Position numbers and translations under genes: made by a program. A stretch of DNA of 63,530 bases, filler included, from Reticulomyxa filosa (Eukaryota > Protista > Foraminifera): NCBI GenBank assembly GCA_000512085.1. It is 26 parts of 26 records of this genome, joined end to end, with 100 filler letters (N's around TTAATTAATTAA, not from the genome) between each part and the next. Parts side by side here need not be neighbours in the genome. Positions count along the whole stretch, not along the records: positions 13,760 to 18,633 come from ASPP01000044.1; positions 18,734 to 21,793 come from ASPP01001569.1; positions 21,894 to 26,829 come from ASPP01039103.1; 23 more parts are not named here. One strand, written 5' to 3'. The notes under the pieces were generated by a model. That model was given only the letters and a program-made list of their open reading frames with translations. It was not told where the DNA came from and did not search any database. Position 1 is the stretch's first letter. The number at the start of each line of letters is the position of its first letter. Of the stretch, positions 13,660 to 25,952 are shown one piece after another.

Positions 13660-15159
13660 NNNNNNNNNNNNNNNNNNNNNNNNNNNNNNNNNNNNNNNNN
13701 NNNTTAATTAATTAANNNNNNNNNNNNNNNNNNNNNNNNNNNNNNNNNNNNNNNNNNNNGGTTTAATAAAATTGCGACGTAATGAGCATAAGTAATTAAT
13801 TCAAACATATAAGCAACAATAAAAAAATGTACGTACTGTATCAAAACATAAAATAGTTAAAAAAAACCAGCAAACAGAAAAAAAACAAACTGAAACAAAA
13901 GATTCAGACGACAATGGGTTTGAATCAATAGAGGTGATAAAAATGTAGTCAAACTATTTACAAAAAAACTCAAAGACACATTCAAATAAATCATATCGTT
14001 AACAAAAACTAAATAAAAAAAATAGTATCAAAATTATACAATTTTTTTGTAATTATTAATCATTAACATATCAAAGTAATACTACAACAAAAATCATTAA
14101 CATAATATAACTCGTTTTTACATAGGCCCACAAGTTTAAAAATTTTTAAAACTTGTTTAGTGAAATTCTACATCATTTATTGCATAAGAAAAACCTTGCC
14201 TTTGGGAAAAAATAGTTATATTTTGCTTTAAAACAATTTTTTACTAGTATCATAGGTTTAGTTAAAGTAAAAGAATTGTTATTTTTTCAATTTGACGCTT
14301 ATTCGTTCATTGCAAAAGTAGTTTTTATTATCTATTGTCTAATCTTTTTTCGGCTTAAGAAACTGTTATTCTTACAACTATTTAATTTGTCAATAGTTTT
14401 CTGATTTTCGAAAAAAGCTTTGATGAAAAATATTTCACAAAATGATATAATATACTATCATTTTAACATACAGCGAGACTAACTTTATTCTATTTTTTTT
14501 GTGTTGTCAATAATTTCTGTTTCCAGTACTACCACTAGTCGATAAACTACTTTGAAATAAGTTTACTCAATTGATTTCGGTATCATCTTATTGGGGAGAT
14601 TAAATACTTTATACCTGAATTAACACAGTACCAATCTTGGTGGTCACAATTATCTTTGGAAAAGGTAATTTCGTGTGGCCAATAATAGGTTAGCAACTGG
14701 TAAGAATGGCCAGTTGATTGGACAAAATAAAGTAGTGACGGGTGATGTTCCTCTTTTTGAGCGTTGATTGAGAAGCTTTTTTTGAAAAAAAGGGAGACCT
14801 GTTTTGTTAGTCTGTCACCGGAGTTTCTTGAAACTTTCAAGATGTAGGAACAGTAACATGAAATTAATTAACTAAAGGTAATTCGCAAAAATAAACAAAA
14901 CAAGTTATTATTACAAGTTTCACAACACCCTTTTTAGGAACATATTTTCAAAATAAAACAACAATCAATAATTCTATAGCAAATTTCATTTCTTTTTTTA
15001 TGACTTGTTTCATATTTTTTAATTCAACCAATTTTAAAAAATAACTATTAAAAAATGTATCTTGAATGTACTTCTTTCTGGATATGCTTATTATTTAAAT
15101 ATTTAACTCATACTAAAACTTGATAACAAATGTCCAAATTTTGCAATAAGCTTATGTTA

Positions 15160-16520
15160 TCGTTTGAAAAGATAAAAAAATACTTTGTGGCGTATATGTA
15201 CTTTGCATTGTCGTCATTTTCAAAGTCTTTGCCTTTTTGCTATATATCTTTCTGAACTATTCCTCAATTTTTTAAAGATACACATTTTCGATGTTTAGGC
15301 AATAATTATGATGATAAATCAAAAGAATTAATATTTTTTTGGTGGACATATCAATGTTTTCATTTAAAAAATCCGAAAATGAACAAGTCCGTTTCTTGGA
15401 TAATTCAGCAGACAATAGATAGCACATTGTATCTTCTTTTTTTCTTTGCAATCAAATATTGTCATATTATATTATTCAAAGAAATAGCTACCAAAAAATA
15501 TCAACAGAAACAAAACTCAATTTTGAAATTGATGCAATTTGTTTTTTTTTCTTTTTTTTTGATGATGCAATGAGGCAATCAATAATCTGACTTTATTATG
15601 ACGTCCATGTGTTTCATTGTAAAGTAATTACGCCATTGTGCTATCTTTTTTGAAATGTATTTTCTTCTTTTAATGTTAATTTCAAATTATGTTAATGATA
15701 ATTTTTTTTATGTTTTCGCAAAATACTTATTTGGAAACTACTCTCGCAAGTGTACCAAACCAAATAACTTAGCACTGGATAAAACTACGCTATGATAGAT
15801 TTATAATGTATATTACGAAAGAGTATAAATCATTTATTAATGATGTAATTGCATTTACTATGCTTACAGAATTATCTTTGAATTAAATTTCGCTTTTGAA
15901 ATTGATATTGCTGATTTCGTTTGTTTAAACATCCATTAGCCACAAAGACCAAATGCTTTTTATTTATTGTTGACAGAATAGTATGTGCTTATTTTCTTAT
16001 CTGTTTGATTTGTATTGCAAGTATTGACTTCGTAAAAGTGTAGCCATTTTAAGGGCAAGTTTTGGATAGAAATGACAGGCAGCTACTTATTCATTTTCGG
16101 ATTTTTAAATGAAAATATTGGTATGTCCACCAAAAAATGTTAATATTTTGATTTGTCATTGCATTATTATTACTGAAGTTCCGAAAATGAATAAGTCTGT
16201 CTTTTTAGATAAACCAGAATAAGTTTCTAAATGAATTATCAATTCTAATTACAACGTTGCAAGCATTATCAAGGATAAGCAGACAATCTATGACAAATGT
16301 TCTGTATCTTTGACAATAATGCTATTTATCTTTGAAATGGAAAAAAAATTGAACAAACTATTCAGATTGATATGTGTACTACAAAAAGTCGAAGATTTTT
16401 GAAGTGTTTTTTTTAGCTTTAATAACAAAATAATCGAAACAATACAAATAATGTCATGTCAGCAGAAAAACGCTGACGATGAAAAAAAATATACGTCATA
16501 AAGGACTTTTTTCTATCTTC
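15160..16520. repeat. Rearranged inverted and direct repeat patchwork
   Basis: 15303-15388 is a diverged reverse complement of 16085-16170. About 15160-15215 is inverted relative to about 16470-16520. 15372-15420 recurs in direct orientation from 16180. Confidence 0.7.
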
Positions 16521-18593
16521 GCAAAAACCTTATTTATCATTTAACAGTGTCGTTGTCATTTCTTGAAATAAAAGTGTTCGAACATCAGCAAATATTATAT
16601 ATTGGACATGTAAACAACAAGCTTCTTTAATTTGAAAGAATAATGAATATCCGTTTTTCTGCAAATGATTTTCTTTGTTGATCTATTTGTTTCGTCCTTT
16701 TGCATAATCAGATAAACATTGTCTCAAAAAAAGGAAGACAGTTGAGTAAAATGGTGCAACAACTAAATTGTTACATGTGTCATTGACATATTTGCATCAT
16801 TTTTTGCAATGCATTTCAGAGAGAAATTGTAATAATAATGCTGTTTTTTAAAAAAATGTGATTTAGAATTATTGTTTTGTTAAAGTGAAAAAATATCAAC
16901 AAATTTTGACAAGTGAGAATTTCTCAAAAATGCTTTGTTGTTTCTATTTATCAAAGCAATAACCTTTTTTTTAAACAGAGAAGGGCTTGTTTTTCATCAA
17001 TTCTCTCAACAAACAGAGACAAGACGTTCGGTTTTTCAAAAAAAATTCGGTCAGAAAATAACTTCTTGTTATGTTTATTCAACCTGATGTTACTTGTGTA
17101 TTTTATCATTTGTAAGTACAATCCAACATAACTTTATTTAATAATATTTGCACTTATAAAATCCTCGACATTATTGACAATTTCAAAACTGTTTCTTTTT
17201 TCTTGTCATAAATATTTGATGAAAGAATCAAATTTATTCAATGATTTCAAAAACAACATTGTGGCAAATGCGTTATTAGTTGTGTTGATCTATCAATTTT
17301 TATATGAAATGACAGAAGATGTAAAAGATAAGGTGATTTTTGGCACAAATTAGGAGAATAATCCAATTTGAGTTTCATGTAGTTTGTAACTTATTGATTA
17401 TTAAACGTTTTTAACGTTACATTTTTAACTTTATTTTTTGTTCTCATTATATTAATCTTGTAAATGATATCAAAGGTAATGTTACTGCTCTTTCAATTCT
17501 GTAAGTCAATGTTTTTTTTAACGCAAATTTAAAAAGATGGCTTTCTTAGATTTCATTAGAAGAAGACAGATCTATTCATAATTCAATATTGGGTTCGAAT
17601 ATACATGTTTTGTTAAAAACAATTCAAATTAATAATTATTTTCTTCTCATTAAAAAGAAGTCATGCGTTTTTTCAATTTGTTAACATGTTTTATTTAATC
17701 CTCAATCTCTTGAATATAAAATCACTTTTATCTTTCAATGTTGCCATATTATATGCATTCAAACATGTACAGGTCATATTAATTGTAGTATAATGTCATT
17801 CAATATAAATGTAAGCAATATTGTGTCGTATTTATAATTGAATGATAAACTTATATATTCATTTTTGATTGTATGAATGAATAGCAGTGGGGCGTGTTTG
17901 AGGAGACTAGAAGACAAGACACTTCTAAGGTTCATTAGAACCTTGCGACTAATAAGTTCAAAAAATCTTAATAAAAAAATTATACAATAAAACGTGAGTT
18001 TCAAGAAATTGTAATACAATTGCATAAATTTTGAGATAGGTGGCAACTATGATATTTACCTACCGAACTAGAGTGAAGATTATAGTAATTCTCCAATGAG
18101 AAAATGAAAAAGCAAATAATGGTTGAGAACGACGAAAAGGGAGCTTTTTCAGAATTAAAAAAGATAATCAAGGGAATGGGTTTGCTTGATTTCCTGAAAA
18201 ATTCCTCAATATTCAATGTGGCCTCTTTTTTTGACTTGGTATTTGTATGGCTCTGGATGGCTTCAATAGCATTAAGGCCAACAGTCATATCAATTATCCA
18301 CATGGTGTTGTTTTCAGTCTATGTCCTGTTTGGAGGGACACTAATAAGAAGTCAAAAATTGGACGTAAGTTTTGCAAAGCCACTGAGTATTTATTTTCCT
18401 TGAAAAAGCTGAAACAAACAAAAAACAAATGATTAAAACGGCACAGACGGGGATGACAAATCAAAATCGGCGTCCAACATTGCCAGTTTTAAAAAAGCAA
18501 AAAAGCGATCTGACGACAGTTTCGACTTTTAAATCGAGCACAAAACAAAGCAAAAAATAAAATTCGAAGTGCAAGTGACTTTTTGTTCATTGA

Positions 18594-18629
<36 letters not shown>

Positions 18630-18733
18630 TTTTNNNNNNNNNNNNNNNNNNNNNNNNNNNNNNNNNNNNNNNNNNNNTTAATTAATTAANNNNNNNNNNN
18701 NNNNNNNNNNNNNNNNNNNNNNNNNNNNNNNNN

Positions 18734-19707
18734 TATTTGATGATTGTCAATTATTTGTTCTGGATCAGATGATCAAACAGTTCGTGTATGGAATGTTGAT
18801 AACAACAAACAAATTCAATCATTCAATAGACATTCGTATTGTGTGAAATTTTCATCATATCATTATCATAATCATGGCCAATATGTGATTTGTTCTTCAT
18901 CAAGTGACAGAACCATTCTTTTTTGGGATTTCAAACATAATCAACAGTTACAAATATTCAATGAACACACACTAACTGTTTATGGTATTGAATTTTCATC
19001 ATTTAATGGTGGTAGATATTTGTGTTCTGGATCTAGTGACAAAACAATTCGTTTATGGTACGTCGAAACATCAAAATTATTACATATTTTCAATGGACAT
19101 AAAGATGGTGTTTGGTGTATTGATATTTCAACATTACAAAGCAATAATAATAGTGATAATAATAATAATGAAATGAATAATATTGGTGTGATTGGTGGAA
19201 ATGGATATACAATTTGTTCTGGGTCACGGGATAAAACCGTTCGAATATGGGATATTGAAACAACCAAACAATTCAATATATTCAATGGACATGACAGTTA
19301 TGTGAATAGAGTGAAATATGGATCAAATGAGCTAGTGAATACAATATTATCTGGATGTGCAGATAAAAGTGTTCGTTTATGAGATATTCGATCTGGTCAA
19401 CAAATTCAAGTATTCAATGGACATACAAGTTGGGTGTATGCTGTTGAATATTCACCATTTGTAACAAATAATAGTATTAATAATTCAAATGTGATATGTT
19501 CTGGATCAACTGATAATGCAATTCGTTTTTGGGATATTCGATAAAATAAGAATGAATTGTATATCATCAAAGGAAATGAGAAAGAAGATTTTGGAATATT
19601 GTGTTTTAAATTGTTGTATTGAAAAAGAAAGATAAAACAAAGAATGTTACATATGATTTGAATTTGTGTTATGGTTCACGCAAAGGTCCTTTCGTATTTG
19701 GGGATAA
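18734..19707 (+). pseudogene. WD40-repeat protein (about 6 repeats visible) with a premature stop and frameshifts
   Basis: Repeated ICSGSxDxTxRxWD and FNGH motifs. TGG has become TGA at about 19380 (VRL*DIR), and frameshifts occur in the last blade before IWG*. Confidence 0.9.
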
Positions 19708-20259
19708 TTTACTTTTTTGTTGAAGTGTTTTTTCTTTGAAAAATTTGATTAAAAGAAAAGTTAGGTATTAAACTTGTTTGATTTGATTGAACGCAAACAT
19801 TGAAAGATGTATTTTATCTGACTTTGTTGTTTAAAAAAATTAAAACCTGCGTTCAATGTTGTTTAAAGAATTGAAAAGCATAATAAATAAAAATTTTATC
19901 TAAATATCAAAATAAGTTTCAAAGATTTTAAGTATTGTGTTTTTTGTATAGCATCAAACACAATTTTTTGTCGTAATTTTTTCTTTTTACATAAACACAA
20001 ATCATGAACCTAGCTTTGTTGTGATGGCATTTAATGCGGAAATAGAAAATTATTTTGTGAGTACAAAGCTAATATTATTTAAATTTATGAAAAAGATAAT
20101 GTAGCAAAATGGAATGAAATGCATTTTTTCAATAAGTGAAAATTACATTATCTGCAATGGAAAGATGATGAAATTTTGGGCTTGATTCATATGCGTACCT
20201 TTTGGGACCAATAGTAATGGTAGAAGACTAGAAGAAAGTACAACTAGAAGAAAAAGGTT

Positions 20260-21590
20260 ACAGCGTACGGATTTCCACCGACAGATACATTTTGTTTATA
20301 ATATTCATATAACACCACATGAATAGTTTGCTCTTTCTCTTTCACTTTTTCTTTCTCCATTGTTGTCATTTCTTTATCTTTATCTTTGGCGTATCCAGGA
20401 GTAAAGCTGTTCAAATACAAAGTTTGCTATTTTCAATAATGCGTTGCTGTCGATTTCTGCATTGCCTTTTTTGAACAATTGTGGTGGCCTTAAAATCCCA
20501 ATAGACAAATGAAGTTTATGACTTTTACTATTTTTGCTATTTCTTTATTGTCATTCCATTCACAGATATATTATGATTTTTGTTAGCGTAATATCGCTTT
20601 CTTGTTTAATATCTTCCTCTTCTGTATTATTTGGCTTCCATGACCTGATGTGTTCATGACTTAATTTTGGATAGATAAATCCAGTATATTTTTCCAATGT
20701 GGCAAATTGTTTCAATGTTGCTTGCATCTCCACATATACATCATGCTTTGGTACATATAATTTAATATTATGAAAACGATGATGTATTTTTGATTGTTTT
20801 TCGAAAAAGTCTTTATCTTCTGAAACAGCCAAATTAAATTGTCTGCTGTACGCAATTTGGTATCATTATCACATAAAATAGTAAATCTCTCAACATCAAA
20901 TACTCGATTAAATTTACCATTGTAGTCAGTTTGAATTTTTTCAGATAATCGTTTCATATCTTTGACTTCCTGCGGTTTTGCTACTGTAATCGAACATTGT
21001 TAAATCTCTTGACTTTCCATTGCCTTTTTACTTGAGCAATTAAATCTTCTAAACTTTTTGCAAGTTGAACAATTTTGTTAGCTTTTAATTTATAAGATAA
21101 TCCTGATTCGAGTGGATGAGTATATTTATATTTATTATCAATCTCATGCAAAGGACCATAACTTGAGTCAATTGAATATTCAGAGTTGAAAAATTTTACA
21201 CGTATAACAGGCGCAACAGTCGATCTATCACAACTGGGACACATATAACATGTTTTAATTGAGTAATTGAAATATCTCCAAATTTTTGATTCACCCATAC
21301 TACACGATCACCTTTCGATGCAATGCATAGCTCTTTATTGTGCAATAGCCTTGCAAGTTTATTCCTGGTCCAAATCATTTGTTTTCGGCATTTTTCAATT
21401 TTCTTTCATTTTCTTTTCTATCTTCCTTTGCTTCAGTGTTATTATTCTTTATTATATATTTTTTTACGTTGCAAAAATTAAAAAATAAAATTTACAAACT
21501 TGGTCTTTTGTTGTATTTTCCAAAATCAATGTTGGGTTTCGGTTTGAATGTATTTTCGATTGGTTATTCAAGTTATCTTTGTCTTCAGAT
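20260..21590 (-). pseudogene. Cys-rich Zn-binding module fused to a RelA/SpoT-like nucleotidyltransferase domain, decayed
   Basis: Stitched frames read GPGINLQGYCT/NKELCIASKGDRVVWVNQKFGDI/KTCYMCPSC, then VKDMKRLSEKIQTDYNGKFNRVFDVERFTILCDN...SEDKDFFEKQSKIHHRFHNIKLYVPKHDVYVEMQATL...SHEHIRSW. This gives the K-x2-R-x2-EK, D-x2-R and ExQ pattern of the RelA_SpoT synthetase fold. One AT-rich GT-AG intron lies near 21450-21500. Confidence 0.72.
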
Positions 21591-21591
21591 A

Positions 21592-21737
21592 CAGTAGAAT
21601 GCAAAGTAAAGTTGACACCTAAAATGGAACCTTATAGAGATGATTGATTTTCTTCATGAAAAAACAACATTCGACCTAATTTTTTTTAAAAATTATCTAC
21701 AAATCGTGTAGTTTTTAAATATCTTTTTGGTTTTTTA
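21592..21737 (+). mobile_element. Tc1/mariner-type element end (TA|CAGTAGAATGCAAAGTAAAGTTGACAC...)
   Basis: About 145 bp closely similar to 25953-26100. It starts with CAGT directly after TA. A second end starts at 21756 (TA|CAGTAAGATAAAAAAGAAAGTTGACACCTAAAATG). Confidence 0.75.
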
Positions 21738-21893
21738 TTACATCTTTCCTAATTACAGTAAGATAAAAAAGAAAGTTGACACCTAAAATGCCANNNNNNN
21801 NNNNNNNNNNNNNNNNNNNNNNNNNNNNNNNNNNNNNTTAATTAATTAANNNNNNNNNNNNNNNNNNNNNNNNNNNNNNNNNNNNNNNNNNNN

Positions 21894-21955
21894 GACACTC
21901 AACAAAAATTGCTTGTAAAACAACGTGGTGGAACATTTTGATATTTTTTTGTTAT
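21894..21955 (+). mobile_element. Possible Tc1/mariner transposase C-terminal remnant
   Basis: QKLLVKQRGG, then a frameshift, then HFDIFL resembles the terminal ..GGHFE..L motif of DD(E/D) Tc1/mariner transposases. The match is very short. Confidence 0.35.
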
Positions 21956-22510
21956 TGCTTGTAAAAAATAAGTATTTGTTCTCAATAATGCATATTCTTG
22001 AAAAATGTTACTCGAAGCAAAACAAATTCTTTAAATGATCGGACAAAACAAAAGTCACGTGTCCCTGTCGTTAGACCAAACAGCAAAGCTATCAATTTCA
22101 TTTTCACAAAGGCAACAATTGTTGGTATTATCTTATGTGTTTCGGTATGTTGCGATTTAGCTTCAAATAATTCTTTGAAATTGTTCATAACTATATTACT
22201 TTCAGATTCTGAGGTAATTTTATGTCTATTCGTTAGCAAACTTACAATCAAGAAAATATCAATTTTTAACCAAAAAAGCAAACATTATTTGACAGAGACT
22301 CTGGAAATGGAACCACATTTCCTGAAAAAGTTGCTCTGAATTACGTTGCCTCTCTTGCATTACTTCGGTCAATTGTTCAAATAAAAGTACAAAGGACGTG
22401 ACGATAGACAGCTTAAAAATCGTTTGTAGTTTTGATTTATGTTCTCAAACGTAAAATTAAAATTGAATAATCTTCGTGAGTGTATAATCAAAGAGTGGCG
22501 ATTATAACTG

Positions 22511-22590
22511 CAGGTAGGAACAAAAGTTCTGACAAACAAAAATGGCACCTTATGAAGATGATCAATTTTCTAAATCAAAAAACATTTTTT
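22511..22590 (+). mobile_element. Diverged end of the same TIR family
   Basis: CAGGTAGGAACAAAAGTTCTGACAAACAAAAATGGCACCTTATGAAGATGATCAATTTTCT shares the AAAATGGCACCTTAT...ATGAT.ATTTTCT block with 25953. Confidence 0.55.
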
Positions 22591-23099
22591 CGAAATATTT
22601 TTAAAAATATCTACGAATCTTCAAGTGTTTCAAAATGCATTTCATTTTTTTCTACAATTTTTTGTCAATTACAAACATTTTATCATTTTCTATAACTTAA
22701 TATTGTGCTTTATTAATTTTCTTTGTTTAGCTATGTTAATTTTTTTGACATTTATTAAAAACTTATAGCCCAACATAGGCTGATAAGTACAAAAAACTTT
22801 TAGTTTAAAAAAATTATGACATCTTTGTTGCTTTTCAAATTTTTTAAAAGTTTTTAAAATTCACTATGGATTTTTCTGCAGAAAAAATTTTTGTTGTTTT
22901 GGAAAACGAAAAGTAATGTTAAATATTAAATTAAGTAACAAAAAGTTTTGTGAAAATGCACCTCAATAATTTATGCAAAATATTCTCACAGCGAATTTCA
23001 ATAAAATTTTAGTAAACTATCGAGTGTGATACATTCATAAACAAAAAGAATAAGTATTTGTCATTATCAGCTGATTTGCAGACATGTTGTCTCGATTTG

Positions 23100-25380
23100 T
23101 TCATTGCGCGTCTACAATGAGTACAGATAGCAAGCGTGTTTACTTTTTGAAGGGCAACGCTTACTTTTTGATAAATCAATCCTGAAGCAACATGCTTTCT
23201 TTATCTGCTAGCGCTTTGGCCAACATATCAAAAAACTCTCTGGCAGCTTTGTGCCAACATCATGTGGTTTCAGCGTCAGACCAATTCGAAATTTTTGTGT
23301 CTTTGTGTATGGCTAATAGACTCGGTGCTGCGGCGATGACAGATGCAATGAAGGAAGCGATTGCGTATCTCTATATGGTGCGCAAACCAAAACCCACTGT
23401 TTGATCGGAAGTTGGCATTGTTGACAATGTGTTTCAAGGGCCAATGATCGATTCCGTCCAACTGCGGATGCTGTTATCAAACTTGGAGACCAATGAATAC
23501 CAGGGGTCAGCGAAGTTGGCGCGGAGAAAATAATTTGCATTTGAGAGATTCATTGAGTGGCGAAGAAGGAGTAACGATGATTGATAGTGCTGTAGATTGG
23601 TAAGTTTGGTGAATTGTTGTTGCCATTGAAAAGCTTTCTTTTCTATATGCTCTTGTTTGTAATTATCATCAATAGGGACGCTAACAATACTTGTGTTGAA
23701 TGTTGTGTTATGTGGCATTAAACTGAACGCTACAGGAAGTGGCGTATCATTGACTGCGATCCAATAACTTTTACGCAGGTTTACTTGAAGACCATGCAAT
23801 GCTTTTAATGATGATATCGCTGTGAGCGCACGCGAAATAGTTTGCACGGAATCAAGCTGCTATTGTGATATCGCCATGATAAGCTGCGAAATATAGTTTG
23901 GTCAAGTCGACGAAGGCAGCATTGATAGCATCGGCAAAACAATGAAGAACAATGTGCTACCAAAGGATCCCATTGGTGGACGCATGTGCATGATTGTATC
24001 GTAAGAAAGAGATTTAAATATTTCGTATATCAGTCATGTACGTATACTGATAGTTCAGGTATGTGAGTTTCAACTAGTTGGATAAGTTTGGATCTTTTTA
24101 CCATGTTGAATGCGTTTTGAAAATTGATTCTAACAGATGTAGCTTCTGGTGTGTGCTTGGTGTGAATTAATAAAGATTTAAAGACTTGTATGAACTGCTA
24201 GATTTCCGCTTTGACATTAATTCCAATCTGATTAGGACCGACGATGCTTTTAATTTTTTCAGCATATCTACACGTTAGAATGGCAGCAGAACGACGAAGA
24301 AGAGGATTGATAGCAATTGATCTGGGGGATAAGTCGGGCTTTGGGACTGCAATGAGGCGTGCTCCATATCCAATTGGAATTGCAGCTTCACGGATATATC
24401 CTTGACAAACAATGGTAGCTACTTTGGTCCACAATGAAATTTGGAATTTAATGCATCGATAACTGCTTGTGTGTATACCATTGAGGGTGAAGGGGATAGT
24501 GATTGAAAGGCTTTGGAATATTCGCTGAGTGAAACAAAGTTAAGACAACGAGTCTGACCATTAGCTTCTGTTTTTTGCTTTGGTGGATGATTGCTTAACG
24601 TCTTTATTCTGTTTGAATGAGTAATATAATCTCGCCATAAATCGATATAGGCTCCATCTTTCTATCTTCGTATTCTCTTATTTAATACTGAAGATAATGC
24701 GTTTGTGTGCTTTATCATCCTTTCAGGTACCCAGAGGAGTAGACGAGTGAGAAGCATCCACTTGGACCAGGCAGTGTCAATAATTTCACGTAGGCAAGAA
24801 GTTGTCACTGATATAAAGGCTGAACGGACGTTGCGAGGAATTCTCGGGATGATTTTGGCAGGAAGCGTTGCTATTGTAGCTGTTGATGGCTAACGCCAAG
24901 TTGAGTCGAGTAGGGGAATGTGTTGATTATCAACACGCGGGTCTGTTCTAAATGATTGTAAAGTATCTGCATTGTCTTTTTGCTTATCCAAGGGAAATAT
25001 TTGGTCGTGAATTTGCATTTTTGAATGAATGGATGCTCGCTGATCTCGAAATAGTTGATGGCAGTGTTTGTGCATACAATCTTGGATCCATTTGGAGACT
25101 GAGATGTTTCTGCAGTAAGTAGATATCTTCATGTTGTATTGCGCGAAGTATGATTGTGGGATGTCGTCACGTGACAACGTTCATATGGGTATTGGCGTGC
25201 TTGTGCAAGGATAATTCTGTTGTAAAGTGAGATAAACAATTGGGAACGGGGCAACTTAGACGAATGCTTGCTTTATGGTCAACTTGATGACGATGGCATG
25301 TCTCTTGCCTGGATTTGATCTAATAGGCCGCTGGTTCGAATGAATATTGGACCTTTCAGGGATAAGCTGAATGCTACAAA
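23100..25380 (-). mobile_element. Degenerate CRE-like non-LTR retrotransposon (C2H2 finger, RT, terminal part of a restriction-like endonuclease)
   Basis: N-terminal CPVPNCLSHFTTELSLHKHANTH. RT motifs LIAVPKPDLSPRSIAI, NQIGI, INFQNAFN, QWDPL (for QGDPL), AYHGD (for YxDD) and GLQVNLRKS. Post-RT QLPIK..GFGLR and ASFIAS. Terminal WHKAAREFFDML...QKVSVALQKVN. Many stops and frameshifts. Confidence 0.88.
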
Positions 25381-25539
25381 TTTAGAAAATATATTTGAAA
25401 AGTGAAGAAGTTAAAAATTAAGTTAAAATGAAGTACATAGAATTATTTGGAAAAAAATATGAAGAATTGGACAAAAAGAATATAATTGAAAATAGGTTGA
25501 TTTAATATTTGGAATTATGATAGTAAATTTAGTTTTTAA

Positions 25540-25586
25540 CTTTTTTAAAATGAACGTAGTATGGCGGGTTTTTTTGCAATTTACTG
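25540..25586 (-). mobile_element. Tc1/mariner-type element end, same family
   Basis: The reverse strand reads TA|CAGTAAATTGCAAAAAAACCCGCCATAC. It sits exactly where homology to the WD40 3' flank of contig 3 stops. Confidence 0.6.
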
Positions 25587-25952
25587 TATTGTTAAATAAC
25601 TTAACATTTTCAGAAATCATTTTATCAAAGTCATAAATTCGTCATCTTTTAATACATTCTTACATTGTTAATGTTCATCTGCAATGATTCAATATTGATT
25701 TGAATAAAGTTTTATAAGATCACAAAAATAAAATCTAATTCTATTCAAAGTGCCGTTTTCATTTGTTATGCTTTTGAATTCTTTAAAAGATTGAAATTAA
25801 TTTGCTTAACTTTTTTAAACAACAAAGCAAGATAAAACAAATCTTTCAATGTGTGTTCAATCAAATCAAAGTTTAGTATCATTTTACTTTTCTTTTAATC
25901 AAATAAAAACACTTTCATCTTGTTCAACAAAAGAGTCAATTATCCACAAATA
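25587..25952 (-). repeat. Orphan WD40 stop codon plus conserved 3' flank
   Basis: Co-linear with 6745-7088 and reverse-complementary to 7500-7700 and 19695-19890. It begins with ...ATTTGTGGATAA (the IWG* equivalent). Confidence 0.85.

Noticed and set aside
18734-21590. WD40 gene as the C-terminal sensor of the RelA-like protein
   Set aside because: They are on opposite strands and convergent, with no NACHT between them, so they cannot form one ORF.
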